From a virus (taxonomy: Duplodnaviria; Caudoviricetes), in the IMG/VR virus record IMGVR_UViG_3300009068_000095, positions 1 to 35,187 of that record: a DNA stretch of 35,187 nucleotides; one strand, given 5' to 3'. Made by a program: the position numbers and the translations under genes. Under the pieces are notes generated by a model. The model was not told where the DNA came from, made no database searches, and was given only the letters and a program-made list of their open reading frames with translations. Positions 24,915-34,926 of the stretch are shown here, one piece after another. The first letter of the stretch is position 1. Every line of letters begins with the position of its first letter.

Positions 24915-26645
24915 TTACGCAGCTAAATATTTGCGTGGGTTAATTTGTTTGCCTTGTTTTTCTGTTCCGGTGCGAGCTTTTCTGACTTTATCCATCATTG
25001 AATACAATTGTTTTGCACCAGCTTTAGATGAGCCGTTTCCAAGGTGAGAAACAACATCTGCCGGAACAACAAACTCTTCATTTGCTAATCTAGCGGGTTG
25101 TTTTCCTTCAATAGAAGCTGGAATAGAATCACTCATACCGTCCCCAGGTCCGTTTAAAAACTGACCGCCATCTGAATATCCGCCAAGGTGCCCGCCTGCT
25201 GCATAACCAGCAATTCCACCACCAAAGAGACCATTTTGCAAGTTACCTTGGCTTAAACCACGAGCCTCATCTATGCCATACTCATCATCTACTGAGCCAC
25301 CAACAGCATATAGCGTGCTATCCCCAGTCATACGAGAATAAAGATTTTCTGATTCTTTGCCTCTGCCATAGAAAGTATCTCCAATAGAGACATCTCTATT
25401 AGGATTTGCACTAAATGGGCTTTCTCTTACGGCTTTACGAGCATCTTCTGTAGAACGATTAATTTCAGCCATTGCTTTATCGTATTCTGCTTGAGAAATA
25501 GCGTTAGCTTGTTTAGCTTCTTCAAGGTATTTGCGTTGCTCATCCATTGCTGCAAGGCTTGTGACGCCATAAACAGTTCCAGCTGTAGCCATCATTGGAG
25601 CCATAGTAGCACCTGATTTAACCGCTGCAGCAGCGGCTGGGTCAATGTTTCCAGTTAAAACACTTTTAATACCAGAAACTGTATCACCCATTCCTTTTGT
25701 AGCATTATCTACAGCGCCGCTATAGTTGTAATTTTTAACCGCCTCATAAGCATTTCCTGGGGCATTAGCCATATCCGTACCAAGTTGAGATGCACCCTCA
25801 GTGAACTTTGTGCCAAGCTGAGATGCAGCATCACTAAAGTTACCTTTTAAAAGATTCTCTGTCATAGAGTATGGTTGCGGCACCTCTTTTAAAACATTAG
25901 CAGATTCACTTGCCAGTGCCCTAGTCATTTCATTAGCAGAATTTTTTGCAATTTCATCTGCCGTCAATTCGGCTGCCGTTGCACTTACTGGAACAGCCCC
26001 TTCTGATACTGGCAACAAAGCCGCATCAGGTGCACCACCAGCAGCCCTTAAATATTCGCCTAATTCAGATGTGGCATAAGCAGTTGCTCCACCAATCATA
26101 GCGCCTTGAAGATTAAATTTGCCGCCTTTGTGCATTACACCAGAACCATTTAAAGCGCCTAAGCCAATGGCTAAAGGTTGGCCTCCTGGAATCATAGATG
26201 CAGCCACCTGAGCAACCGTACCCCATCCTCCTGGAATTGCTTTACCAACCATCTTGTCAAAACTTGCAAGACCAGCGCTAGCAGGCTGAACAATAGCCTT
26301 TTCTAAAGGTTGGAATATTTGAGTTCCTAGATTGTTAATAGCTCGATTAGCTTCACCAACAATAGGAATGCTGTCTACAGCTTTGCTTACAGCACTACCA
26401 GGATTTAAAGGGTTTAACTGACCAATAGCACGTTGAACTGGCTTAAACACACTGCCAATGCTAAAAAATTCTGGTAAACCCGTATGTGGGTTAATAGTGC
26501 CAGAACCCCCTAAAGCTTTTAGAATTCCAGCTTCTTGTGGATTAATATGGGCAACAATAGAATCACCATAACGACCATATTGGGGTAGCTCTTGAGCTAA
26601 TGCTTTAAGTCCGTGAGCTTGTCCGCCCTGTGCGTAGTAGTTCAT
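24915..26645 (-). CDS. putative internal virion protein
   Basis: N-terminal GRYGDSIVAHINPQEA..GGSGTINPHTGLPEF; C-terminal GPGDGMSDSIPA..ARLANEEFVVPADVV. Confidence 0.75.
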   Translation of the reverse strand: MNYYAQGGQAHGLKALAQELPQYGRYGDSIVAHINPQEAGILKALGGSGTINPHTGLPEFFSIGSVFKPVQRAIGQLNPLNPGSAVSKAVDSIPIVGEANRAINNLGTQIFQPLEKAIVQPASAGLASFDKMVGKAIPGGWGTVAQVAASMIPGGQPLAIGLGALNGSGVMHKGGKFNLQGAMIGGATAYATSELGEYLRAAGGAPDAALLPVSEGAVPVSATAAELTADEIAKNSANEMTRALASESANVLKEVPQPYSMTENLLKGNFSDAASQLGTKFTEGASQLGTDMANAPGNAYEAVKNYNYSGAVDNATKGMGDTVSGIKSVLTGNIDPAAAAAVKSGATMAPMMATAGTVYGVTSLAAMDEQRKYLEEAKQANAISQAEYDKAMAEINRSTEDARKAVRESPFSANPNRDVSIGDTFYGRGKESENLYSRMTGDSTLYAVGGSVDDEYGIDEARGLSQGNLQNGLFGGGIAGYAAGGHLGGYSDGGQFLNGPGDGMSDSIPASIEGKQPARLANEEFVVPADVVSHLGNGSSKAGAKQLYSMMDKVRKARTGTEKQGKQINPRKYLAA

Positions 26646-26941
26646 ATAATAGTCACCGTTACCGTCCCCACACTAGCTGTGGCAGATACTCCATATAAAT
26701 AAGAAATGTTGGGTACAACAATCTTTAAGTCTTCCCCAACCTGAAATACAGTCCCATTTGGCAAATTGTACCCTGATGTTGGTAAATTTAATAGCCGAAT
26801 ACCATCCATTTGTAAAGGAACATTTGAATCCAATTGCGTAAAATAAAGCCGTAAAACACCGATTAACTGCGCTAACTGCTGTTCGCTATATTCTGGGGTA
26901 GCCAAAGGTAGTGCTGGCGAACGAAACCGTTGCATTCCCAT
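26642..26941 (-). CDS. hypothetical virion protein
   Basis: PALPLATPEY...LRLYFTQLD; coupled to its neighbours. Confidence 0.7.
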   Translation of the reverse strand: MGMQRFRSPALPLATPEYSEQQLAQLIGVLRLYFTQLDSNVPLQMDGIRLLNLPTSGYNLPNGTVFQVGEDLKIVVPNISYLYGVSATASVGTVTVTII

Positions 26942-28986
26942 TAGCGTTTTCCGTCTGGTCTACCGTCTAAACGGGGGCTTCCCAACTGCCACTGAACCCC
27001 TAAATTGCTAGATTCAATCTCAACTGCCATCTGTCTTGCCCTAGCCCGCATAAATATCTGTTCGGTGTATATATCCACTGAAGTCTCAATTACTGCGCTT
27101 GATTCGCTATTTGAATAAGCATTGCCTGGAAAGTTCCTAGGTCTAATATACATAGTGACTTCAGGGGCGGCAGCTGTAGACCCCGTAAAACTAATGTCTG
27201 GGATGATTCTCTTCGATAAGATAAATTGTTCCCCGTCTACCAAGTCAAAGTCTGACGAAGAAATATACGAAGCCATTGGCAAGACATTATCGTCTACACC
27301 TTGTTCGTGGTTATAAATAACGCTATCGCCCGTCATGCTAGTCTGAACCACAAGTTGTGAGATGTTTACTGTATAGGTTCCTGTACCGCCTGTACCTGTA
27401 CCCAAAGCAGTAATAATTGTACCTGTTGCTACGCCTGTGCCAGTAATTACTGAACCAATTTGCAAATAACCTGCCGCAATACCTGTTACGGTTAAAGTGG
27501 TGCTAGAAATAGCGCCTGTAAAGTAAGTTCCAGTTACGGCTTGAGGGTATTCCCTTAGTGAGGAGTCTGACCACGCAGTGCGGTCTATTGTGCCGTAATA
27601 CCAAATCTTCTCTAAATGGTTGTATATTACATAGGCATTATTGACTTGACTATCTGCTGTAGGGTAGAACCACCAAATTTCGTTCCAGCCTTCATTGGTT
27701 CCACAGATGATTTGGTCAGCTTGGTCGTAATTAAGGTTTTGGAATACATGATTACGGATAGTACAAGGAAGCGTTTCTACACGTCCACCATAGGCATAGA
27801 ATTTGTCATGCCCAAACCAATAAGCTGTGTTATTTACAGTAGCAACGCAACGAGGGCTAAGAATTGAGATGTTGTCAGACAGTTCTTGCAGACCAAATAC
27901 GTCTGTTGTACCTAAAAACTGTAAAGAATTGAGCGTACCCTCAGTAAATACAAGTATTTCTTGGCGTGTCGCAACCGCAGAAACAATGGCAGAGCCACGA
28001 GAAACCCGCAAAAAGCCAGCTGAATTTGTGACTTGTGGTGTCCAGTTATTAGGTTGGTCTTGGTTTGCCCAACGAATCAGCAAAGGGTCAAAAGCACCGC
28101 CACCGTAAGGGGTAGCCCCAAATGCTAATAAATGCTTGTCATTCTGGGAAAGTAAAACCTGCATTGCTTGCGTAGGCACATCAGAAGGCGCAACGCTACC
28201 TATGGTTGTTGTTGACAATAAAGTAGCCCTAGTTCCTGTACCACCAGAGTTTTTCCAGTAATAAATAGCACCATTACGAATATTGGCTACAAGGTCGTCA
28301 TCAAAGTTTTGCAAAAACCAATCCCGCTGAGGATTGACTACTGGAACACCAGAACCCGAACCCCACGCACCACGACCCCATGTACCTGCACCCCAGCCAT
28401 TTCCAATCGAGGCAGTGTCATTACCTACGCTAATTTGAAAGGCAGCTGTAATTCCAGCGCCACCACCTGACGTAGAAGACGTAGCCGCAGTCGTTGTGGT
28501 AATAGTGAATGTATTTGCTGTAATAAAGTCAACAATAAATTCAGTATTTAAGTTAACCGCTAAGATTCCACCTACCGCTACTGCGCCAGAAAAAGTTACA
28601 TAATCACCCTCTGAAGCTCCGTGGGAGTTAATTGTTACCGTAACTGTCTTAGACCCATTGACCGTGGTAAAACAGTTATTGGTTGCTGGGCTGACAAAAG
28701 TCTGGCGAATTGGAGTGATGTCATACAGAATCTGACCTGCTTCAATGTATAGTTTTTTAGATGTACCAAGAGCCAAATAGTTATCTGAAGCAGTTGTAAC
28801 CCAATTAAATACTTGCCGACAGATACCTGCTACAACGAATGTGCCGTATCGTAACCAGCCGCCTATTTTTTGTGGATAGCCAGAACGAAACCGAATTTTG
28901 TCGCACTCATACCAACCGCCTTCGTTGGTGTAGTTAGTTTGGTCTCTGTTGACACCTGGTTTAAATTGTAGCTTTTGTAATGGCAC
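26941..28986 (-). CDS. tail tubular / packaged-DNA stabilisation protein (P22 gp10-like)
   Basis: [53 protein letters not shown]. Confidence 0.75.
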   Translation of the reverse strand: MPLQKLQFKPGVNRDQTNYTNEGGWYECDKIRFRSGYPQKIGGWLRYGTFVVAGICRQVFNWVTTASDNYLALGTSKKLYIEAGQILYDITPIRQTFVSPATNNCFTTVNGSKTVTVTINSHGASEGDYVTFSGAVAVGGILAVNLNTEFIVDFITANTFTITTTTAATSSTSGGGAGITAAFQISVGNDTASIGNGWGAGTWGRGAWGSGSGVPVVNPQRDWFLQNFDDDLVANIRNGAIYYWKNSGGTGTRATLLSTTTIGSVAPSDVPTQAMQVLLSQNDKHLLAFGATPYGGGAFDPLLIRWANQDQPNNWTPQVTNSAGFLRVSRGSAIVSAVATRQEILVFTEGTLNSLQFLGTTDVFGLQELSDNISILSPRCVATVNNTAYWFGHDKFYAYGGRVETLPCTIRNHVFQNLNYDQADQIICGTNEGWNEIWWFYPTADSQVNNAYVIYNHLEKIWYYGTIDRTAWSDSSLREYPQAVTGTYFTGAISSTTLTVTGIAAGYLQIGSVITGTGVATGTIITALGTGTGGTGTYTVNISQLVVQTSMTGDSVIYNHEQGVDDNVLPMASYISSSDFDLVDGEQFILSKRIIPDISFTGSTAAAPEVTMYIRPRNFPGNAYSNSESSAVIETSVDIYTEQIFMRARARQMAVEIESSNLGVQWQLGSPRLDGRPDGKR

Positions 28987-28991
28987 AGGGT

Positions 28992-29579
28992 TTACCCTAA
29001 TATAGATAGAGCTTTGGCAATTTTGGCTTTACGGTCATCTAAACCAGTTAAACCACCGTTAATACGTTTAGTCATTGTCTCAAAATCACCACTATCTGCC
29101 AAGCTGTTTAAGCCCTTCTTGTTCCAGAACCAGCCAGCACTTAATGCCGCATATCGTGCATCCAGCAATAAAGTAGGGTCAGAAAGAAAATCAACGCCAA
29201 TACCCAGTCCGCAGTTTGCATAGTTTTCCTTACCAGTTAGCTGGATGAGTCCTCTGCCCAAATACTTAGCAGCTTCTTCCTCACTAGTATTACCTAGCCT
29301 GCCGTTATAGACCTTGCCAGCTATCTTAGCTGGTTGACGGGCGTATTGGTCTGCAATCTCTTTTGTGGGAAAACGACTGGGCCAAGTCTTCATTAGACCT
29401 TCAGCGCTGTAATTTAAGTTTTCTTGAAGAGTCTTGAAATTTCCAGACTCGTGAGCACATTGCCCTAAAAAACAAGCTTGGCGAGCGGGAGTAGAAATAT
29501 CATATTTGACAAAAGTCTCTTCTAGCGGGGCAAGCCACTGATGGTCAATACCCAGTTTGTCTAGCTGGTCATACGTCAT
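28992..29579 (-). CDS. GH19-family endolysin
   Basis: [44 protein letters not shown]. Confidence 0.92.
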   Translation of the reverse strand: MTYDQLDKLGIDHQWLAPLEETFVKYDISTPARQACFLGQCAHESGNFKTLQENLNYSAEGLMKTWPSRFPTKEIADQYARQPAKIAGKVYNGRLGNTSEEEAAKYLGRGLIQLTGKENYANCGLGIGVDFLSDPTLLLDARYAALSAGWFWNKKGLNSLADSGDFETMTKRINGGLTGLDDRKAKIAKALSILG

Positions 29580-29977
29580 TCTTTCTTAGCTTTCATATCC
29601 ATAATCTTCTCTAACGTTCTACCACCAAAGTAAAAAGACATGATTAACATACCCCACTGCCCAAGTAGTTCTACGTAGTTGTTGTTTACCTCAACATCAA
29701 AAGCTGACATCATGGCAAAAGTAGAATAAACAACCAATATAAATACCAAAGTCATTGGGCGGATGTTTTTAGATAGCGTAGAGTCAGAAGCCATATCAGC
29801 TTGCTGTCTTTTAGTAAGTTCTTGCTGCTCTGCAGTATCTGCTGCAATTTGAGCCAGCTCACCATTTTGTTGCATCTCTAACAGTTTGAGTTTGGCTTGC
29901 TCTGCTTGTGCTGGGTCAGGAAAGACCTTGTCTAGTATCTTACCGCCAATGTCTAATAGTGCGCCCAATGGAAACAT
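29576..29977 (-). CDS. holin (3TM, GTA-type)
   Basis: GKILDKVFPDP, DMASDS.LSKNIRP, YFGGRTLEK; adjacent to the endolysin. Confidence 0.85.
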   Translation of the reverse strand: MFPLGALLDIGGKILDKVFPDPAQAEQAKLKLLEMQQNGELAQIAADTAEQQELTKRQQADMASDSTLSKNIRPMTLVFILVVYSTFAMMSAFDVEVNNNYVELLGQWGMLIMSFYFGGRTLEKIMDMKAKKE

Positions 29978-30243
29978 TATTTTCTTCCCTTTTCTCGTTC
30001 TTCAAGTAACTGCACTTTAACTTGTAACTGATGTATATCTTTATAAATTTCTTCTTTAAGTTTATGCCTTGCCTCGGCAGAAAGCGGAGAATCAGTTGGT
30101 ACATTTTCCTTGGTAATTAAAGCTGGCATCTGCCCTTCAATCTTAGTAAGCCGTGTAGAAAAGTCTGATACTTGACCTAATAACCAAGCCAAACACGCTA
30201 CAACAATCGGCAATACAGCCTTTAAAATGTCTTGGATATTCAT
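29977..30243 (-). CDS. membrane-anchored coiled-coil protein (lysis region)
   Basis: N-terminal TM segment. Confidence 0.7.
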   Translation of the reverse strand: MNIQDILKAVLPIVVACLAWLLGQVSDFSTRLTKIEGQMPALITKENVPTDSPLSAEARHKLKEEIYKDIHQLQVKVQLLEEREKGRK

Positions 30244-30692
30244 CCTTTATAACCCCATGTTAAAAACCACGCTATTACAGCTGCTGCTGCAAAGCAATAA
30301 AACTGCACTCTTCTTACTGCCTTTAAATCATGCTGGAATTCTTCATTGGCTTTGCGTTCCATATTCTCAATATCCAGTTTAATCTTTAGTACCGCTTCCC
30401 ACTCTTTTGCTCCGTACTTCTTAACAAAATCAATTTTAACTTTGGCTTCTTCATCAGAGATTTGTTTCTTATGCTTCCATGATTCAAGCGCCTTAATCAG
30501 CGCTTTTTCTTTCTTAAACTCCGCTTCTCTAGCCGCTCGGCGTCTTTCTTGTGCTTTCTTTTGCGCTACATCTACTGCATCTTGTTGAACACCTTCAATG
30601 CTTTTTGACAGATTCTTAGAGGCTTCTCGACTTGCATCAAGACTCCCACTAAGAGTTTTTACTCCTTCGGATATACCAAACGGGTCTGCCAT
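30240..30692 (-). CDS. coiled-coil protein with C-terminal TM segment
   Basis: ORF track; ATGA coupling. Confidence 0.7.
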   Translation of the reverse strand: MADPFGISEGVKTLSGSLDASREASKNLSKSIEGVQQDAVDVAQKKAQERRRAAREAEFKKEKALIKALESWKHKKQISDEEAKVKIDFVKKYGAKEWEAVLKIKLDIENMERKANEEFQHDLKAVRRVQFYCFAAAAVIAWFLTWGYKG

Positions 30693-30700
30693 AGTTCACT

Positions 30701-30904
30701 TTATTTTGCCTTCTTTGCACGAGCAGTTCTAATGGTGGTTTTAGCAACAGTAGCTTTAGATGGTAAAGGACGTGTCTTTCTTACTCGTGGTTTAGGTTCT
30801 TCTAAGTCTGGTATTTTTGGTTCGAAATTAACCTTACCAACTTCCATGTTGATTTTAGGCATATAGCCAAACTTATCAAATACCCAAGAAACAATAAACA
30901 TCAT
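30701..30904 (-). CDS. hypothetical basic protein
   Basis: K/R-rich C-terminus. Confidence 0.65.
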   Translation of the reverse strand: MMFIVSWVFDKFGYMPKINMEVGKVNFEPKIPDLEEPKPRVRKTRPLPSKATVAKTTIRTARAKKAK

Positions 30905-31116
30905 TGCACCACCTCTGCAGGTTTATTCAAAGCATCTTTAAGCATCCCAAAGAAAGCATTTTTGCCAACATTTAGCTGGTCAAGATTGAACTGCGCACTG
31001 TTAATCTTGCGGTCTAAATCAATGCAATGGTTAAAAATAGCCTGTTGCTCTGGGGTTAAGTCTTCGTACTGGTACTCTACATTGTCGATAGTAATGGGTG
31101 TTTTTTTGTTTTCCAT
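30901..31116 (-). CDS. hypothetical protein (tail-associated)
   Basis: Start MENKKTPITIDNVEY follows AAGGAG. Confidence 0.75.
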   Translation of the reverse strand: MENKKTPITIDNVEYQYEDLTPEQQAIFNHCIDLDRKINSAQFNLDQLNVGKNAFFGMLKDALNKPAEVVQ

Positions 31117-31145
31117 TAGTTTTCTCCTTTGGTTGGTTGATAAAA

Positions 31146-31367
31146 TTATTGCGCTGCGGTTTGTAACGGTGTCAAGTCCTCTGTAGTCCAGAAGTCTTTT
31201 GCCAGCATGATGTTTAAATGCTCTTTGTTGCGAGCAATCGTATCTGCCCACTCTTCGGCTGTAGTGTTCTCTGGCTTGTCGCCATTGATGAGGGCTACGG
31301 AATCAAGAGCCGCTTTGTAGTGCTGGGCGATTTCTTCTGCGGTTACTTCTTGTACGAGTTCAGTCAT
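31146..31367 (-). CDS. small tail-fibre-associated protein
   Basis: EIAQHYKAALDSVALI...RNKEHL..MLAKDFWTTEDL; follows a fibre gene. Confidence 0.75.
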   Translation of the reverse strand: MTELVQEVTAEEIAQHYKAALDSVALINGDKPENTTAEEWADTIARNKEHLNIMLAKDFWTTEDLTPLQTAAQ

Positions 31368-31368
31368 T

Positions 31369-32673
31369 TTATTTTCCTAATTGTTGTTTAAGGGAATCTA
31401 CTTCTGCTTTAAGTTCTTGGATTGCGGCTACAAGAGTAGCAACAAGGAATGATGTGTCAATGCCTTGTGGTTGGATTTTTCCATCTTTGTCTAATGCGTC
31501 TTTTTCACCGCTTACTGCATCAGGGCAAACTTCTGCTAATTCATGTGCAATAAAGCCTTGACCAGAATCGCCTGTAGTTTTCCACTTGTATGTAACAGGT
31601 TTGAGTAATGCTACCTTATCCAATGCGCCTGTCATTGGTACAACATTTTCTTTTAGTCGGTAATCAGAAGTAGTTACATAAGAAGTAGTAGAACCACCAG
31701 TTTCAATCTTACCTACTTGTGAACTATTTACATAAAACTTAACATAAATTCCTGACGAATATCCGCTTGCTTTGGACATATACATATTAGAATCATTATT
31801 GTTTTGAACTGTAATAATTCCTTTTGCACTACCACCATAAATAGCAACTCCAGGATTAGTAGAGCTTCCTACATCAATGCCACCCGCTGAAACTGCACCG
31901 CCAGTAATAAAAATACTGTTGTTATCAACAAGAACTTTAGGATTGCCATCACCATCAGATAACACAATGTAGTTACTTGCTGTACGGATGTCTAGACTGT
32001 TTTGATTGCCATTGTAAGGGCCAAGAATGGTGTTCTTAGTTCCTGTGGTCATTGAGTAACCAGAAGTGTTACCTACAAAAGTGTTGTCATTACCAGTTGT
32101 TGAATAACCTGACAAACGACCTAAGAATGTATTACCGCCTGTACCTGTTGTGTGACTATAACCAGCTTGATAACCTACTGCTGTGTTGTTAGATGCGGTG
32201 GTGTTTGATGCTAAAGCACTTACTCCTACTGCGGTGTTGTTACCACCAGTAGTATTAGAATTTAGTGCTGGATAACCAAATGCGGTGTTATTTGCACCAG
32301 TTGTATTTGCCGCCAAAGCACCTCTACCAAAAGCATTATTGCTTGAACCAGTAGTATTTGCTTGTAACGCATAAAAACCAAAGGCAGAGTTATTTGCACC
32401 AGTCGTATTAGCGTATAAAGCCTGATAACCAAATGCTTCTATGCTTGTACCAGTAGTATTGCTGTAGGCGGCTTGATAACCTACTGCTGTGTTGTTAGAT
32501 GCGGTGGTGTTTGCTTTAAGGGCTTCATTACCAATTGCGGTATTAGTAGCACCAGTTGTGTTTGCTACTAAAGCATCACCACCCAATGCGGTATTTGATG
32601 CTACCCCGCCTCCACCTGAGCTAGTTGCTCCAGCAGTGATAAGACCTGTCGTTCCGTTAATTGTTACAGTCAT
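31369..32673 (-). CDS. tail fibre / RBP with 14-aa repeats and C-terminal intramolecular chaperone (peptidase S74)
   Basis: NTTGxxNTAxGxxAL repeats; TSDYRLKEN, GFIAHEL, LVAAIQELKAE. Confidence 0.88.
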   Translation of the reverse strand: MTVTINGTTGLITAGATSSGGGGVASNTALGGDALVANTTGATNTAIGNEALKANTTASNNTAVGYQAAYSNTTGTSIEAFGYQALYANTTGANNSAFGFYALQANTTGSSNNAFGRGALAANTTGANNTAFGYPALNSNTTGGNNTAVGVSALASNTTASNNTAVGYQAGYSHTTGTGGNTFLGRLSGYSTTGNDNTFVGNTSGYSMTTGTKNTILGPYNGNQNSLDIRTASNYIVLSDGDGNPKVLVDNNSIFITGGAVSAGGIDVGSSTNPGVAIYGGSAKGIITVQNNNDSNMYMSKASGYSSGIYVKFYVNSSQVGKIETGGSTTSYVTTSDYRLKENVVPMTGALDKVALLKPVTYKWKTTGDSGQGFIAHELAEVCPDAVSGEKDALDKDGKIQPQGIDTSFLVATLVAAIQELKAEVDSLKQQLGK

Positions 32674-33775
32674 TATTGTGCTCCTTTTAATGCAGCAATC
32701 TCGGCTGCTTGTGCATCTACTTTAGCGTTTAGTTCTTGGATTGCTTTAATTAAAGGCATTACAAACATTTCGTAAGATATACCTTGAATAGCGCCTTGTT
32801 CATCTGATGTTACGCTCCAGCCAGCGAAGTCTGTAATGTTGTGATTGTCTAATATTTCCTTAACTTCTTGAGCAATCAAACCATACATCTTGTTTTGATA
32901 AAGCGGTTCTGTCTGTGAAGCATCATAGTCAGACATGGATTGGTCAAGTTCAGCAGGTGATTTCCACTTATAGCTTACTGTTCGCAAGTCATTAATAAAG
33001 TTAAGACCAAGTTCTGTGTTGGTAGTAATCTCTTTTTTAAGTCTTTGGTCAGAAGAACGAGTCCAAGAAGCGTTAGCACTAAATTGGTTGTAAACCCTAT
33101 TAGCTCCAGTACCACTTCCAAAAGTGAAGTAGTTGTCACCAATACAAGTAACATCAAAACCAAGAACAATTTGATTTGATGCACCAGACGCACTTACATC
33201 GGTATAAGAACCAACAAGTATGTTATTAGAGCCAGTTGTCAATGAAACATCATGGTTTCCAGATTGAACACCAATACAGACATTTGGACCACCTGATGTA
33301 ATTCCAGAGCCAGCCAATTGACCTATACAGGTGTTGTAGCTACTTGTTACAGCAGTAAGTGCTTGAGAGCCTATTGCTGTATTGCCATTAGCAGTAACTG
33401 CTGCATTTAACGCATTTAACCCTAAAGCTGTATTACTTGCTCCAGTAGTATTATTGTAAAGAGCCGTATAACCTACTGCAGTATTGTTTGATGCTGTTGT
33501 GTTGTTATAAAGTGCTGCGCTACCTACTGCTGTGTTGTTGCTTGCGGTAGTATTTGCATACAAAGCACCTGTTCCAAAAGCACAGTTATAGCTACCAGTG
33601 GTGTTAGTTTTAAGAGCGGCATAGTAGCCAGTATCTCCACCAACTCCCACATTTCCTTCACCAGTAGTGTTTGCATATAAAACAGATGCACCAATAGCAA
33701 CGCACCCATATCCTGTTGTTTTTGAATAAAGTGCTGAATAACCTACTGCGGTGTTGTTAGATGCGGTGGTGTTTG
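32165..33775. repeat. near-identical 38-43 bp direct repeats encoding NTTASNNTAVGY
   Basis: 32165-32207 is identical to 32471-32513 (43 bp); 33738-33775 matches 37/38; partial copy at 33522-33539. Confidence 0.85.
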
Positions 33776-34157
33776 AAAATAAAGCAGTTTCACCAATAGC
33801 TGTATTTGAACTTCCTGTGGTATTTGCATACAAAGCCGCATTACCAAATGCTTGATTACTTGCACCAGTTGTTAAAGCATTAAGTGTATTCCACCCAAAA
33901 GCATTGTTGTAATCTCCTGTTGCACCTGAGGGAATTGTTGTATTGGCAACAACTACATTGTGTGCTACATTTCCACCGCCATGCCCTACAGTAACGTTAT
34001 TAATAACTGCGTCTTTAGCAAAAGTAACTGCCTGTGAAGCATTAATAGTTACCGCAGTCGTAGTACCATTAGTTCGTAATTGAAGCTCACCGCTGGTATC
34101 TCCAGCTATTGCTATTGCTGTGCCAGCAGTTGTGCCAGCCGATATAGTAGATGCCAT
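32673..34157 (-). CDS. second tail fibre / RBP with 14-aa repeats and S74 chaperone
   Basis: Same repeats; SSDQRLKK, GLIAQEV, LIKAIQEL. Confidence 0.88.
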   Translation of the reverse strand: MASTISAGTTAGTAIAIAGDTSGELQLRTNGTTTAVTINASQAVTFAKDAVINNVTVGHGGGNVAHNVVVANTTIPSGATGDYNNAFGWNTLNALTTGASNQAFGNAALYANTTGSSNTAIGETALFSNTTASNNTAVGYSALYSKTTGYGCVAIGASVLYANTTGEGNVGVGGDTGYYAALKTNTTGSYNCAFGTGALYANTTASNNTAVGSAALYNNTTASNNTAVGYTALYNNTTGASNTALGLNALNAAVTANGNTAIGSQALTAVTSSYNTCIGQLAGSGITSGGPNVCIGVQSGNHDVSLTTGSNNILVGSYTDVSASGASNQIVLGFDVTCIGDNYFTFGSGTGANRVYNQFSANASWTRSSDQRLKKEITTNTELGLNFINDLRTVSYKWKSPAELDQSMSDYDASQTEPLYQNKMYGLIAQEVKEILDNHNITDFAGWSVTSDEQGAIQGISYEMFVMPLIKAIQELNAKVDAQAAEIAALKGAQ

Positions 34158-34321
34158 TATGCTAACTCCTCATCTGTTGGTTTAGCTAGTGTAGGGTGTT
34201 CCCATTTAGCAATGTAATCGCCTTTGCCGTCTGAATCGTTTTGCAAGTTAATATCACCATAACAAAAATCGTATGTTGAAAGTTCAGGATATAAAGCTAC
34301 TATTTTTTCTTTTAATGTCAT
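34157..34321 (-). CDS. XkdW-like small tail-fibre accessory protein
   Basis: LQNDSDGKGDYIAKWEHPTLAKPT; TAATG coupling. Confidence 0.75.
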   Translation of the reverse strand: MTLKEKIVALYPELSTYDFCYGDINLQNDSDGKGDYIAKWEHPTLAKPTDEELA

Positions 34322-34899
34322 TACGCACTCCTTACCAAGCAACCTGAAAACTGCTCTTGCACATCAATGTCGGTATTTTGTGATACTCCTGAAGTTTGAT
34401 ACGCATAAATTTCAACATAATCTGTTGTTCCATTCATAGAAACTAAAGCAGTAACCATCATGTAAATATATCCGTTAACTAAACCACAAGTTGCACCATT
34501 TACATAAGCCGAACCATTTTTAAAAATTCTAAAAGCATTGTTTGAAGATGTAATAGAACCATATCTTGTATTGGCATTAATTTGGTAATATCCAGCTACA
34601 GTTGGTGTAAAACGGCTATTTGCAAAATTATTGTTTGTATCCCAATTTTCTGTAGCGTATAAAACTTTAGTAAACACATTGTCAGGGACAGTTGTTGCAC
34701 TACTTGAATAAGCACTAAACGCTGGACCATTACCAGCCACATTAGTTCCTAACATAGCTTGTGTAACTACGGCACTAGAAGCAGTTGTTACTATTGTTCC
34801 TGCATTGGCTGGCAGTGTAATAGTATTAGTACCAGCTACGGCTGGGGCAGATAGCGTTATTGCACCGCTTGTATCGCCTGAAATTACGACTGAGGACAT
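34321..34899 (-). CDS. short tail fibre with C1q/TNF-like C-terminal domain
   Basis: GPAFSAY, DTNNNF, RFTPTVAGYYQIN, NGTTDYVEIY. Confidence 0.75.
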   Translation of the reverse strand: MSSVVISGDTSGAITLSAPAVAGTNTITLPANAGTIVTTASSAVVTQAMLGTNVAGNGPAFSAYSSSATTVPDNVFTKVLYATENWDTNNNFANSRFTPTVAGYYQINANTRYGSITSSNNAFRIFKNGSAYVNGATCGLVNGYIYMMVTALVSMNGTTDYVEIYAYQTSGVSQNTDIDVQEQFSGCLVRSA

Positions 34900-34926
34900 A
34901 TTCTTTTTCCTTTAATTTCGTCTATT

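Noticed and set aside
14407-32725. Short + strand ORFs across the late region
   Set aside because: Antisense shadows of long structural genes, lacking RBS or motifs.
31369-34157. Diversity-generating retroelement or CRISPR array
   Set aside because: Repeats are in-frame protein repeats without adenine-specific mismatches or regular unique spacers; no RT or cas genes.
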